Shown here piece after piece: positions 31,338 to 41,749 of a stretch of 64,000 nt of DNA. Location of the stretch: contig JANNXA010000014.1 of NCBI GenBank assembly GCA_031409275.1, positions 256,001 to 320,000 of the forward strand, written 5' to 3'. The stretch's first letter is position 1. Every line of letters starts with the position of its first letter. This stretch comes from Planctomycetota bacterium. Lineage in GTDB: Bacteria > Planctomycetota > B15-G4 > SIAN01. The notes beneath the pieces were generated by a model. That model searched no databases. It was given only the letters and a program-made list of their open reading frames with translations, and was not told the DNA's origin. Both the position numbers and the translations under genes were made by a program.

Positions 31338-34300
31338 TCAACGGGCGTCCACCACATCCTCGCCATCCCCACCCTCGCGCAATCGCTGCAGCCGCTGATA
31401 GAGGTTGCGCTCCGAAATCTGCAGTTCCTTGGCCGCGCGCAGCCGATTGCCGCCGCACCGCGCCAGCACCTCCTGCAAGTACGTCCGCTCCTGCGCTTCC
31501 AGGTACTCCTTGAGCGGCAGCGCGTGCAACGGTTCGCCGACGACGGTGTCGGGCAGTTCGCTGCGCAACGCGTCGACACCGATCTCTTCTGCATCTCGGT
31601 TCAACACCAGCAGCCGCTGCACCGCGTGCTCGAGTTCGCGCACGTTGCCGGGCCAGTCGTGCAGCACGAGCCGTCGCCATGCCAGCGGGGTGAAGCGCGG
31701 CGGCGCGCGCTTCAGTCTTGCCGACTCGCGCGCCACGAAATGGTCGAGCAACAACGGCACGTCGTCGCGCCGCTCGCGAAGGGCTGGGAGGTGGACCTGC
31801 AGCACCATCAGCCGGTACATCAGGTCCTCACGGAACCGACCGGCAGCGACCTCTTTCTTCACGTCCTTGTTCGACGCGGCGACGATGCGCACATCGACCT
31901 TGCGCACCGGCCCGCCGCCGAGCCGTTGCACCTCGCCGCTCTGCACCGCACGCAGCAGCTTCGCCTGCAACTCGGGCGACGCCTCGCACACCTCGTCGAG
32001 GAAGAGCGTGCCGCCGTCGGCGCGTTCGAACAGGCCGGCCTGCTCCTCGTTGGCGCCGGTGTACGCGCCTCGTTGATGGCCGAACAGCTCGTTCTCGATC
32101 AACGTCGGCTGCGTCGTCGCGCAGTTGAGCGGCTCGAACGGCTTCTCGGCGCGGCGGCTGCGGCGATGGAGAGCTCGGGCGACGAGTTCCTTGCCGGTGC
32201 CGCTCTCGCCGGAAACCAGCACCGGCAGGTCCGCATCGGCGAACAGCTCGATTCGCCGCTTCACCTCCTCCATCTCCTGGCTCTGCGCGATGATCCCCTC
32301 GAACTGCGGCACGCGGCCGGCCGATCGGCGCGCCTGATCGAGCGACGCCTGCGCCGCGCGCAGCTCCCCTTGCTGCTCGAGCAGCACCTTCTGGAGTTCG
32401 CGGTTCAGCCGCGCGATCTCCGCCTGGTTCGTCTCGAGTTCCGCTTCGCGGGCGCGATTCGCTGCCAGCAGTTGCGTCTTCTCCAGCGCGATCGCGGCGA
32501 AGTCGGCGAGGTTCTCGACGTAACGCAGATCGGAGGGCCGAAAGGCGTCGATGCGCGTGGGCTCATCGAGGTAGAGCGAACCGATCGTCTCGTCGCGATC
32601 TCGCATCGGCACGCACAACACCGACAGGAGCTTGAGCTCCGAGATCGACGCTGCATCGCGCCACTGCTCGTCGGCGCTGACGTCGGAGAGGAGCACTGCC
32701 GAGCCATCGCGCGCCACCTTGCGAGCGACCGAAGAGCTGAACGCGAGCTCGGGACGTTCGATGTCGGCGGCCTCGAGGTTGCGGGCGACTCTCACTTCGA
32801 CCTGCCCCCCGCGCCCGAGCAGCAGGAATCCGCGCGCCGCGCGCGTCGCTTCGACCGCATGGTCGAGCAGCAGGCGCAGCAAGCTCTCGCCATCCACGGC
32901 CGCCGAGATCTCTTTCGCGACCTGCATCAGCCGTTCGAGCGCTGCGAGCCGTTCCGCCGACTCGCCGTCGTGAGCGGCCGTCAGGGGCACGGTGAGTCGC
33001 CGCCGCAGCGTTCGCGCGCGGCGCAGCAACGGCCGGTGGCCCGATCGGCGCGCGAACTCCTCCGACTCCTCGAGCAGGCGGCGATCCTGGAGAGCCGTGC
33101 CGAGGACGAGCGCCGGCTCCGCCTTCTGCGCCAGGAAGCCGGGTGCCTGCGCCGCGTCGTAGGCCGCGCGCGCCTGCTCCAACCTCGGCGCCGCGACCGC
33201 GCGACCGTGGCGCAGCGCCGCAACCGCCGCCATCACCGCGGCCCGCGCTCGCAGCGCCACGTAGTCGCTGCCCTCGAGATCGGCGAGCTGCTCTTCCGCC
33301 GTTGCGGCCAGTTCCTCCTGCCGACCGAGCCGCCGCAGCGCCGAAAGGCGCGCGTCTCGCAGGAAGAGCCGGCGGCGGCGCGAGCCGATCGACTGCGGCA
33401 AGCCCTCCAGCGCGCTTTCGACCGCGCGGCGGCTGCCCGCGAAGGTCGCCCACTGCAGGCGGTACTCGGCGACCAACGCCCCAAGGTCGTCGTGGCCGGT
33501 CGCCACCGGATCGGCGGCGACCTGCGCCATCAGCAAGCGCGCGGCGCGTCCGCGTCCCTCGCGCATGAGCACTTCGGTGCGCACCAGTTCGGCGCGCCAC
33601 GCACCTTGAGCGTCGTCGATCGTTCGCGCAATCGCGACGCAGGCATCAAGCGCCGCATGGGCGGCGGCGAAATCACCCTCGTTGAGCGCGACGTGCGCCT
33701 GCATCAACTCGATCCGACGCAGCACGCTCGGCCGGTTCATCGCGTGCGCGATCTCGCGCGAGCGCTGCATCTCCTGCTTGCACTCGACGAAGCGGCCGAG
33801 ATCGAACAGCGTGTTGGCCAGGTTGAGCGCGTGGATCGCCTCCTGCTGCCGATCGCCGAACGCGACGGCCGCGGCGAGCGCGCGGCGGAACGTGGTGACC
33901 GCCGCCTCCGGGTGGCCGCAATCCTCCTGGAAGCGGGCGAAGTTGCCTTCGATCGTGGCGACCTGGAGCGGCAACCCCGTCGCCTGCGCCGCGGCGAGCG
34001 CGACACGGAACCCCGTCGCCGCCTCCTCGAAGCGGCCCATCCGCCACAGCGTGATCGCGTGGATCGAGCGCAGTCGGTGGTCGCCACCGTCGCCCGCCAC
34101 GCGTGACTGCGCGAGCGCGAGGCGGCAGACCGCTTCCGCATCGGCGTCGCGCGACAGCTGGTGCAGCAGATAGGCACGCAGCGCCGCCGATCCTGGAGCC
34201 CGTTCGCCGAGTCCCGCGGGGGCACGATCGAGCCGGTCGAGCGCATCGCCCGGACGGCCGCAGCGATCGAGCGCGCGAGCATGCTCGATCAGCGCGCGGC

Positions 34301-36431
34301 CGCGCGTCGCATCGTCGTCGAGGAGCTCCGGCAACGGCGCCAGCAACTGCTCGGCGCTCGCGTGCGAACCGCGCCGCAACTCGACGATCCCGCGCACCAA
34401 CCGCGCGGCGGCACGCGCGGGCGCGGCGACGGTGGGCTGATCGAGCTCGCGCGCCGCCGCGTCGCCTTCGGTGAGCCGCTGCGCATCGATCATCGCCAGC
34501 GCGGACGCCGCGAACCGGCGCGCCGACGTCGCATCGCCAGGGTCGGCGCGAAACGCGTGACGAGCGCGGCGCGCGTCGCGATCGGCGAGCTCCGGATGAT
34601 GATCGAGCAGCTTCGCCGCGAGGCGATGCAGCTCCTGGGCGCGAGCTTCTGGCAACTCCGCGCGGACGCACGCCGCGACGCCGCTTTCGCTGCAGCGCCA
34701 CGCGGCGCCCACGCGCTCGACGAGCCCCGCGTCGGCCAGCGCACGCAGTTCGCCGGCACCCGCGTCCGGCGCGAGCGCCTCGAGTTCGAGCGCGGTCGCA
34801 TCATGATCGAGCAGCGCCAGCGCCTCGAGCGCGGCGCGGGACGCCCCGCGAGTGGACTGCACCCGACGACGCACCAGTTCGAGCAGATCGCCGCCCGCTT
34901 CCGCGAGGTCGACTCGCGTCGGATCGAAATGGAGGCCTCCGAAATCGGCAACCAACGCGCCCGCCTCGGTGGCGTAGCACAGCAGTTCCACGACGCGAGC
35001 GACGTCGACGTTCGCGGCGGCTCCTTCACCCGCACCGAGGTATCGGCGAAGCGGCTCCGGCAATGGCGCGCCGATCCAGCCGGGGAAGATCCGCTTCAGC
35101 TCGTCCGCGGCGAGCACGCGTGGCGAGAGCGTCCGCAGCTCGAAGGCCGCGGAACAAGCGTCCGCCAGCAGCGGATCGGCGCGCGCGGCACCGGCTCCCG
35201 AAGCGACGATCTCGATTCGAGCGCGAAGCAGGAACCGCAGCAGCGCTTCGTCATCGGCATGGCGGCGCGGCAATTCCTCGACGAAGAGGACGAGGCGCCG
35301 TGGCATCTCGCCGCGCTGCAATCGTGCCAGCAGGAGGTCGAGGCTGCCCGTTTCCGGCTCGCCAGCGAGGGTGCGGAGCTGCTCGTTCAGGGAGTCGCGC
35401 ATCGTCGCGGCTCCCGCTTCGGGGGCGCAGCAGACGACCAGCGGCCACGCCTCGCCAAGCAGCGCCGTCGTCCGCAGCTCTCGAAGCAGCGCGTCGCGGC
35501 CGCCGCGCGTCGGCGCTGTCACCCACGTGATCGTGCCGCCGGGACGCGATTCGCCGGCGGCAAGCTGCTCGTGCCATGGCGGATCGAGCGGCGGCACCGA
35601 GCGGATGCGACCGAGCAAGGTCGCCGGCGTCATCTGCGGCAGCGGCTCCGCGGCGGCGCGCGACAGGTCGGCCAGCACAACCGCTGCGTGTTCGTAGCGC
35701 TCGGCGGGCGATTTCGCGAGCAGGCGCGCGACGATGTCACGCAGCGGTGGCGGCGCGGCGAAGTCCGCGTTGAAACGGATCGGCTGCTCGAGGTGGGCCC
35801 GCGCCCATTCGGTCGGCGTCGCCGCTTCGAACGGATGGCGGCCGCTCCAGAGCTCGAAAAGGAGGACTCCAAGCGCGTAGAGGTCGCTCGAGTGGCTCGG
35901 CGGCGCGCCGCGAAAGAGCTCCGGAGCGAGGTAGGGCAGCGACCCCGCCGCAACGGCGCCTCCAGCTGCGACCGCCAGTCCGAAGTCGATCAGGATCACG
36001 CGTGGCTCGGCGCCGCCCTCGACCAGCAGATGGGCGGGCTTCAGGTCGCGATGCACGATTCCGCGCTCGTCGAGCAGGGCGAGCGTGCGCAACACTTCCG
36101 CGAGCGCGCGCTGTTGGATGGCGAGGTCGGCGGTGGCGAGCGCCTCGATCCATGGCCCACCGCTGCCCGGTTCGCTGGTGAAGAGCCAATCGCCGCTGGC
36201 AGGGTCGAGTCCGAGCTCATCGACGCGCGGAATGCCCGGGCACCGCAGCGCCTGGAGCCGGCGAAACTCCTCCTGGACGAGGGTGGCGCGCCTGGCAGGG
36301 GTCCGTTTCAACGCCAGCGGCGGACCGCCGCGGACGAGATCCTGCACCAGCACGACCTGCGCCGTCGCGCCGCGGCCAAGTCGCGCGAGGGGTCGGTAAC
36401 GCCCGCTGATCGGGTCGGGCAGATCGATCAT
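31338..36431 (-). CDS. sigma-54 enhancer-binding protein fused to Ser/Thr kinase, TPR-like and GAF domains
   Basis: N-term LGRGA..V, ALK, HRDLKP, DFGL, APE; TPR-like helices; GAF; AAA+ GESGTGKE, GAYTGA, LFLDEV, WPGNVREL; C-terminal Fis HTH; start near 36431. Confidence 0.9.
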   Translation of the reverse strand: MIDLPDPISGRYRPLARLGRGATAQVVLVQDLVRGGPPLALKRTPARRATLVQEEFRRLQALRCPGIPRVDELGLDPASGDWLFTSEPGSGGPWIEALATADLAIQQRALAEVLRTLALLDERGIVHRDLKPAHLLVEGGAEPRVILIDFGLAVAAGGAVAAGSLPYLAPELFRGAPPSHSSDLYALGVLLFELWSGRHPFEAATPTEWARAHLEQPIRFNADFAAPPPLRDIVARLLAKSPAERYEHAAVVLADLSRAAAEPLPQMTPATLLGRIRSVPPLDPPWHEQLAAGESRPGGTITWVTAPTRGGRDALLRELRTTALLGEAWPLVVCCAPEAGAATMRDSLNEQLRTLAGEPETGSLDLLLARLQRGEMPRRLVLFVEELPRRHADDEALLRFLLRARIEIVASGAGAARADPLLADACSAAFELRTLSPRVLAADELKRIFPGWIGAPLPEPLRRYLGAGEGAAANVDVARVVELLCYATEAGALVADFGGLHFDPTRVDLAEAGGDLLELVRRRVQSTRGASRAALEALALLDHDATALELEALAPDAGAGELRALADAGLVERVGAAWRCSESGVAACVRAELPEARAQELHRLAAKLLDHHPELADRDARRARHAFRADPGDATSARRFAASALAMIDAQRLTEGDAAARELDQPTVAAPARAAARLVRGIVELRRGSHASAEQLLAPLPELLDDDATRGRALIEHARALDRCGRPGDALDRLDRAPAGLGERAPGSAALRAYLLHQLSRDADAEAVCRLALAQSRVAGDGGDHRLRSIHAITLWRMGRFEEAATGFRVALAAAQATGLPLQVATIEGNFARFQEDCGHPEAAVTTFRRALAAAVAFGDRQQEAIHALNLANTLFDLGRFVECKQEMQRSREIAHAMNRPSVLRRIELMQAHVALNEGDFAAAHAALDACVAIARTIDDAQGAWRAELVRTEVLMREGRGRAARLLMAQVAADPVATGHDDLGALVAEYRLQWATFAGSRRAVESALEGLPQSIGSRRRRLFLRDARLSALRRLGRQEELAATAEEQLADLEGSDYVALRARAAVMAAVAALRHGRAVAAPRLEQARAAYDAAQAPGFLAQKAEPALVLGTALQDRRLLEESEEFARRSGHRPLLRRARTLRRRLTVPLTAAHDGESAERLAALERLMQVAKEISAAVDGESLLRLLLDHAVEATRAARGFLLLGRGGQVEVRVARNLEAADIERPELAFSSSVARKVARDGSAVLLSDVSADEQWRDAASISELKLLSVLCVPMRDRDETIGSLYLDEPTRIDAFRPSDLRYVENLADFAAIALEKTQLLAANRAREAELETNQAEIARLNRELQKVLLEQQGELRAAQASLDQARRSAGRVPQFEGIIAQSQEMEEVKRRIELFADADLPVLVSGESGTGKELVARALHRRSRRAEKPFEPLNCATTQPTLIENELFGHQRGAYTGANEEQAGLFERADGGTLFLDEVCEASPELQAKLLRAVQSGEVQRLGGGPVRKVDVRIVAASNKDVKKEVAAGRFREDLMYRLMVLQVHLPALRERRDDVPLLLDHFVARESARLKRAPPRFTPLAWRRLVLHDWPGNVRELEHAVQRLLVLNRDAEEIGVDALRSELPDTVVGEPLHALPLKEYLEAQERTYLQEVLARCGGNRLRAAKELQISERNLYQRLQRLREGGDGEDVVDAR

Positions 36432-36578
36432 CACGGCGCCTTCGACGAGGAACGGCTCGGTGTTGCCGGCAGCGGGGCGATTGTAGCCCCGCTGTCGCGC
36501 TCGCGGGTGCCGCGTAAGCTGCCGACGAACCACGCCCGCCCCGGCGCCGTTGCCCGGCCGTCGCTGAAGGAGCCCCCG

Positions 36579-38147
36579 ATGAATCGCGTCACCCCGCTGC
36601 GCCGCTTCCTGCTCGCCGCTTGCGCCACCGCGGCTCTCGCGCCTGCGCTGCTCGCCGACGTCGTGGTGCTGAAGAGCGGCGAGAAGCTCGAAGGGAAGAT
36701 CCTCTCCGAGACGGCGACCTCGATTCGCATCGAGACGCCGTTTGGCACCACCGATGTCGAGCGCACGCGCATCGCGAAGATCGAGAAGGGACAGACGCCC
36801 AAGGACAAGTACACCGAGCGCAAGGCGACGCTGAAGGCGGGCGACGTGAGCGGTCGTTGGGAGCTCGCCCTCTTCTGCAGGGAGAACAAGCTCACCAAGG
36901 AGTGGAAGAAGCTCCTCGACGAGATCCTCGCCATCGACCCGAGCCACGATCAAGCCAACCGCGAAGTCGGCCGCATCCAGTACGACAACAAGTGGTTCAC
37001 CAAGGAGCAGCTCGAGAAGTACAAGGACGAGGAGCGCAAGAAGATGGAGGCCGCCGGCATGGTCCTCCATGACGGCCGCTGGATGACCGAAGCGGAAGCG
37101 ATGACGGCGAAGGGCTTCGTCCAGGTCGACGGCAAGTGGATCAGCAAGGAAGAGGTCGAGCGGCTGGTGGCGATCCGCGACTGGCAGGCGACCTACGGCA
37201 CCGAACTCCACATCGTCACGAGCGAGCACTTCGAGCTGCGCACGCCGCTGCCGCCCGAAGACCTGCAGGAGGTCCTCGACCTCTGCGAATCGGCCCACGC
37301 CGAGTTCGTGGCCATGGCCAAGCCGGACGAGAAAGAGCTGCGGTTCATGGATCCGGCGCAGAACGTCTTGTCGCGCATCTACATCTATGTGCACGACTCG
37401 CCCGGCAGCGTCACGCAGTTCATCGAGTCGGGCTACATCAAGCGCCACTACGTCCCGCTGACGGTGCTCGAGGACCAGAAGGACGCCGACAACTTCTCGG
37501 TCTACTTCCCGATCCCGCTGATCGTGCTGAGCGAAGGACGTCACCTGAAGTCGAGCGACTCGCGCGACTTGAACCAGGCGGGCATGGCGCTCGCGCACCT
37601 CGGACAGATCCTGATCCGCCGATTGAAGCGCGGCGGCGGCCTATGCGGCTGGGCCGAGGCCGGGATGGGGCATTGGGCCGAAGGCGAATGGAACGGTTAC
37701 GCGACGCTGTCGATCATCGAGTACCCGCACTACGAGCCCTACGTCGACAAGTGGACGCCGGACGGTTGGGAGAACTTCCCGCGCTGGAAGGAGAACCTCA
37801 GCAACCCCGCCGAGGTATCCAAGCTGCCTTCGCTCAGCGACATGATGGAAAAGCCCGTTGAAGAGCTCACCATCGCGGAAGAGGCCAAGGCGTGGAGCAT
37901 GGTCCTGTTCCTGCTCGAGACGCGGGCCGAGAAGTTCTTCGACTTCGTGCGCGCGTCGAAGACCAAGTTCCACGACGAGATGGTCACCAACTCGCGGGCG
38001 TTCAGCGACGCCTTCGCGCCCGAGACGATCGGGCAGATCGACGCCGCCTGGGCCACCTGGGTGAAGACGATGAGCAAGGGCGAGCCGAAGATGAAAGCAC
38101 CATCGGCGCCTCTCGGCGGCAAGCCCGAAGGCGGCGGCCGCCCCTGA
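36579..38147 (+). CDS. secreted hypothetical protein
   Basis: AAGGAG RBS, signal peptide ending ALLA-DVVVLKSG..LEGKI, repeated 'DGKW/DGRW' motifs, C-terminal region with gluzincin-like 'W.E.G...W.E'. Confidence 0.8.
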   Translation: MNRVTPLRRFLLAACATAALAPALLADVVVLKSGEKLEGKILSETATSIRIETPFGTTDVERTRIAKIEKGQTPKDKYTERKATLKAGDVSGRWELALFCRENKLTKEWKKLLDEILAIDPSHDQANREVGRIQYDNKWFTKEQLEKYKDEERKKMEAAGMVLHDGRWMTEAEAMTAKGFVQVDGKWISKEEVERLVAIRDWQATYGTELHIVTSEHFELRTPLPPEDLQEVLDLCESAHAEFVAMAKPDEKELRFMDPAQNVLSRIYIYVHDSPGSVTQFIESGYIKRHYVPLTVLEDQKDADNFSVYFPIPLIVLSEGRHLKSSDSRDLNQAGMALAHLGQILIRRLKRGGGLCGWAEAGMGHWAEGEWNGYATLSIIEYPHYEPYVDKWTPDGWENFPRWKENLSNPAEVSKLPSLSDMMEKPVEELTIAEEAKAWSMVLFLLETRAEKFFDFVRASKTKFHDEMVTNSRAFSDAFAPETIGQIDAAWATWVKTMSKGEPKMKAPSAPLGGKPEGGGRP

Positions 38148-38189
38148 GGTCGCCACCGCCCGCCCCGATCACCGAACGCGGAGGCAGCG

Positions 38190-41100
38190 TTACTTCGTGC
38201 CTCCGGTCGCGCGCGCCGCAGCCGCCGCCGCCGTGAGCTGCGGATCGAGCGCCACCGCGCGCGCGAGGTGCTGCTCCGCCGTCGGCAGATCGCGCTGCAA
38301 CGCGAAGAGCAGCTCGCCGACCCGCAGATGGGCGAGTGGCGAATCGGCGAAGAGCTTCAGCGCCGCCTCCCCCTGCCGCAACGCCCCTTCGAGATCGCCG
38401 GCTTCGCGCGCGTGCCGTGACAGCTTGAGTCGCAGCTCGTGCGCGATGGCGATCTGATCTCGGTTCGAGGTCAGCAACGCTTCGCCGCAGCGATCGTCGA
38501 GGTACTCGGCGGCGATCTTCGGACCGGCGACGATCAGCAGCTGGCGCGCGAAGTCGAGCGCCGTGTAGGGCGCGGGGCTGCTGTAGCGACGACCACCGAG
38601 CGGCAGCGACAGATCGAGCAGCGACTCGACCGGCGCCGTGACGAAGCGCAGGTCGGCGACCAGCTGCTGCGGATCGACCGCCCCCTTGTAGAACGCCACC
38701 AGCCGGCCGCTGCCATCGAGCAGGAAACTGGCGGGCGTCGGCAGCGGCGGGTGGCGCGGATAGAGGGCCGAGTAGAAGCCACGCACCCGCTCGACACCGC
38801 CGGCGTCGAGGAACCCGACCGGCCACTGGAAGCCCTTCTCCTTGGCGAGCGCGAGTGCGGCGGCCTTGTCAGCAGGGTTGTCGTCGGCCTCATCGAGACT
38901 CAACGCCAGCACGCGAACGGAATCGAGGCTCGAACGCGCCTTCACCAGCGCATCGAGTTCTTCGCTGCATCGGCAGCACCAGCTGGTCCAGACCACGATG
39001 AGCAGCGGCTTCGCGGTCGCGAACTCGAGCGTGCGCGGCTTGCCCGACGCGTCTTCGTACGGCAGGCGCGGGAAGGGCAAGCGCATCGAAAGGATGCTGC
39101 GCGACTGGGCGGAGACCTTCGTGTTCGGAAGCGCCTTGGCTGCCAGTGGAGCGCCCGCCGGCGGCGCGGCGATCGCAGTCGCGCGCCCACTTCCTTGCTT
39201 CAGCCGGAAGCGGCCGTCGGCCGCGACTCCTTCGAACCGTTCCGTCGCGCCACCAGGCCAGCGCACGCTGACACGATCGATGGCTGCGGACGCACCGAGC
39301 CCGAAGTGGACCGTCTTGCTGCCCTGCGAGAGGAAGCCCTCGCCCGCGCGCAGCGTGCGCAACATCGGCCGTGCATCTCCGACGACGTAGAGCTCGACGC
39401 GCGCACCGATCGCGTCGATGTTGGTGCCTGGTGCCGTGGCCGCGAGATCGAACTCGACGAAGTGGTTCGTCCGCTGCGCGTCGTTGCGCATGAAGCGGAC
39501 CTGTGGGCCGTTGCGGTTGACGATCCAGAGATCGAGGTCACCGTCGCCGTCCCAATCGACCTTGCCGCAAGCGCGAGCATCGTCCGGGAAGTCGAGGCCG
39601 CTGACGGCCGAGGCATCGGCGAACCGCTCGCCCTGCGTGTTCAGGAAGAAGACGTTGCGCTCCTTCCCCGACCAGCCCGCGCCTTCGCTCAGCATCTGCT
39701 CGAGATGGTCGACCGCCGCGTGGTAGGCGGTGATGTCCATGTCCGCGGAGAGCTTGTCCGGCGAGTGCGACAGAACCTGTCGCCACCAGAAGCTTCAGAG
39801 GTCCTCCGGTTCGGTGTTGGTCAGGTAGCCGTTGCAGACGAGCACGTCCTCGAAGCCGTCGTTGTTGGCGTCGAGGAAGAACGATCCCCAAGCCCAGCGA
39901 CCCAGCGTCGTTCCGGTCGCCTCCGAAACATCGGTGAAGGTGCCGTCGCCGCGATTGCGGTACAGCGAGTTGCCGCGCGCGAGGAACTGGAAGCGGCTCT
40001 TCCGGTCCTGCTCGATCTCCGGCTTGAAGTTCGGTTGATAGGTGATGCGATTGCCGGCGGAGGACCACATGTTCGAGACGTAGAGGTCCATGAAACCGTC
40101 ACGGTCGTAGTCGCCCCACGTCACTCCCATGCCGAACGAACGGTCGACGCAGCCCGCCTCCTCGGCGACTTCCTTGAAGTGGCCGCCATCGTTGCGGTAG
40201 AGCACGTTCGCGCCGAAGTCATTGGCGACGTAGAGGTCCTGATCGCCGTCGTTGTCGTAGTCCTCGAATGACGCTGCCCAGCTCCAGCGGTGGTTCTTCT
40301 CATCGAGGCCGAACTCGGCCGTCGCCTCGGTGAACGCCATCGCCCCACCGGGCTTGGTGTCGTTCCTGAAGAGGAGGTTGCGTCCGCCGTTGTTGGCGTC
40401 GTGCAGCGGGATCGGATGGGCGAGCTGCCCGGGATCGGCGTTCTCGTCGTGGAAGACGCAGGCATAGAGGTCGACGTCGCCATCCTGATCGACATCTGCC
40501 GCCGCGAGCGAGATCGACGGGCGCTTGAGCGGCAGCAGCAGCTGACGCGTGAAATGGCCCTTGCCGTCGTTGGCCATCACCATCAGGTCGAAGCCGGTGC
40601 CGGCGACGAGGTCCTGGTCGCCGTCGCGGTCGAGGTCGAGGAGCAACGCCGCATGGGTCGGCTCGATGAAGTCGACCCCCGACTGCTGCGACACATCCTT
40701 CACCGTGCCATCGGGTTGGTGGAGGAACATGCGGTTGGGGAGGCCGCCCGCCTGGCAGATGAAGAGATCGTCGAGGCCGTCACCATCGACGTCGCCGACG
40801 GTGACCCCTTGGTGACCGCGAGTGTCGTAGCCGAGACGAGCGTCCATCCGGCTCAGCCACTCTTCACTGCCCGTGACGAGCTGACGCTCGAACGACGCGT
40901 TCTGACCGATCGCCGCCAGCGTGCAATCGGCGAAGAGCGTCCCGGTCGGGCCACGGCCCTCGACCTCTTCGAACGCGTCGAGAGTGATCCCGGCGAGAAG
41001 CCCCGGGTCCTCGCCGGCTGGCAGCATCCAGCGGCAGCTCCAATACGAGATCTGTTGCAGCGTGCCGCGCGGCAGCGTGGCGAACGTCTCGACGCGAACC

Positions 41101-41621
41101 CACGTGCGCAGCGGCGTTTCGTCAGCGTGGACGTGGATGGTCTTGATGGCGACGCGCCGCGCGGTCGCGCCCGCCATCGGCTCGAAGAGTTCGGCGAGGG
41201 CGGCGGCGAACCCCTCGGCGCCTTGACGCGTCGCCGCGGCTCCCGCTTCGAGTGCGCCAGCAGCGGGTCGGCGGACGATGAAGCTCGACTGGTCGTAGAC
41301 CGTCGCGCATGACGCCGGACGCAGACGACCGAGGGTGAATCCGGGCGCGATGAAGTGCTCGAGTTCATGCACATCGGGCGCATTCGTGGACGAGACGTAT
41401 GCCGCCCACTTCTTCAGCGTCTTGTCGACGCGACGCGCGTACTGCTCGGACATCCAGCCATCGCTTCGAGGGTCATCGTCGATGCGCGCCTTGCCCAACG
41501 TGCCCGTCGGCCCCTCGCCCGGCGTTTTCTGAGGCTCTGCTGGAACCTGAGCCGACGACGCGGCGGCAAAGGCAGCGAGCGACCACGAGATCGCCATGGA
41601 CGGCGCAAGTCGGAACCGCAT
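38190..41621 (-). CDS. secreted FG-GAP/VCBS repeat + ASPIC/UnbV + thioredoxin-like + TPR protein with one in-frame TGA (39797-39795), candidate selenoprotein
   Basis: Signal peptide, many DxDxDGxxD repeats on both sides of the TGA, 'DAIGARV', 'GEGFLSQ..VHFGLG', 'VRWPGG', WCCRC; the two ORFs are in frame and joined by 18 sense codons. Confidence 0.75.
39765..39797 (-). promoter_or_regulatory. UGA plus bacterial SECIS-like hairpin
   Basis: UGA-AGCUUCUGGUG (11 nt)-GCGACAG-GUU-CUGUCGC; perfect 7-bp stem with G-U at the start of the loop. Confidence 0.65.
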
Positions 41622-41749
41622 CGTGGAGCCCTCCTGACCGGACGGAGCGACTGATCCGCGCGCCTCAATATCGCGCGTCGACCGCGTTGGGGAGGGGGCA
41701 GCGACGAGGATCGCTGACCTTCGGCGCGCGCGCCTCGACTCGCCTTCGC

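Noticed and set aside
34161..36578. N-terminal extension of the 1328-aa plus-strand ORF
   Set aside because: Antisense to the kinase gene; RBS and signal peptide place the start at 36579
36432..37598. N-terminal extension of the 2086-aa ORF
   Set aside because: Antisense to the real gene at 36579; the kinase domain starts near 36431
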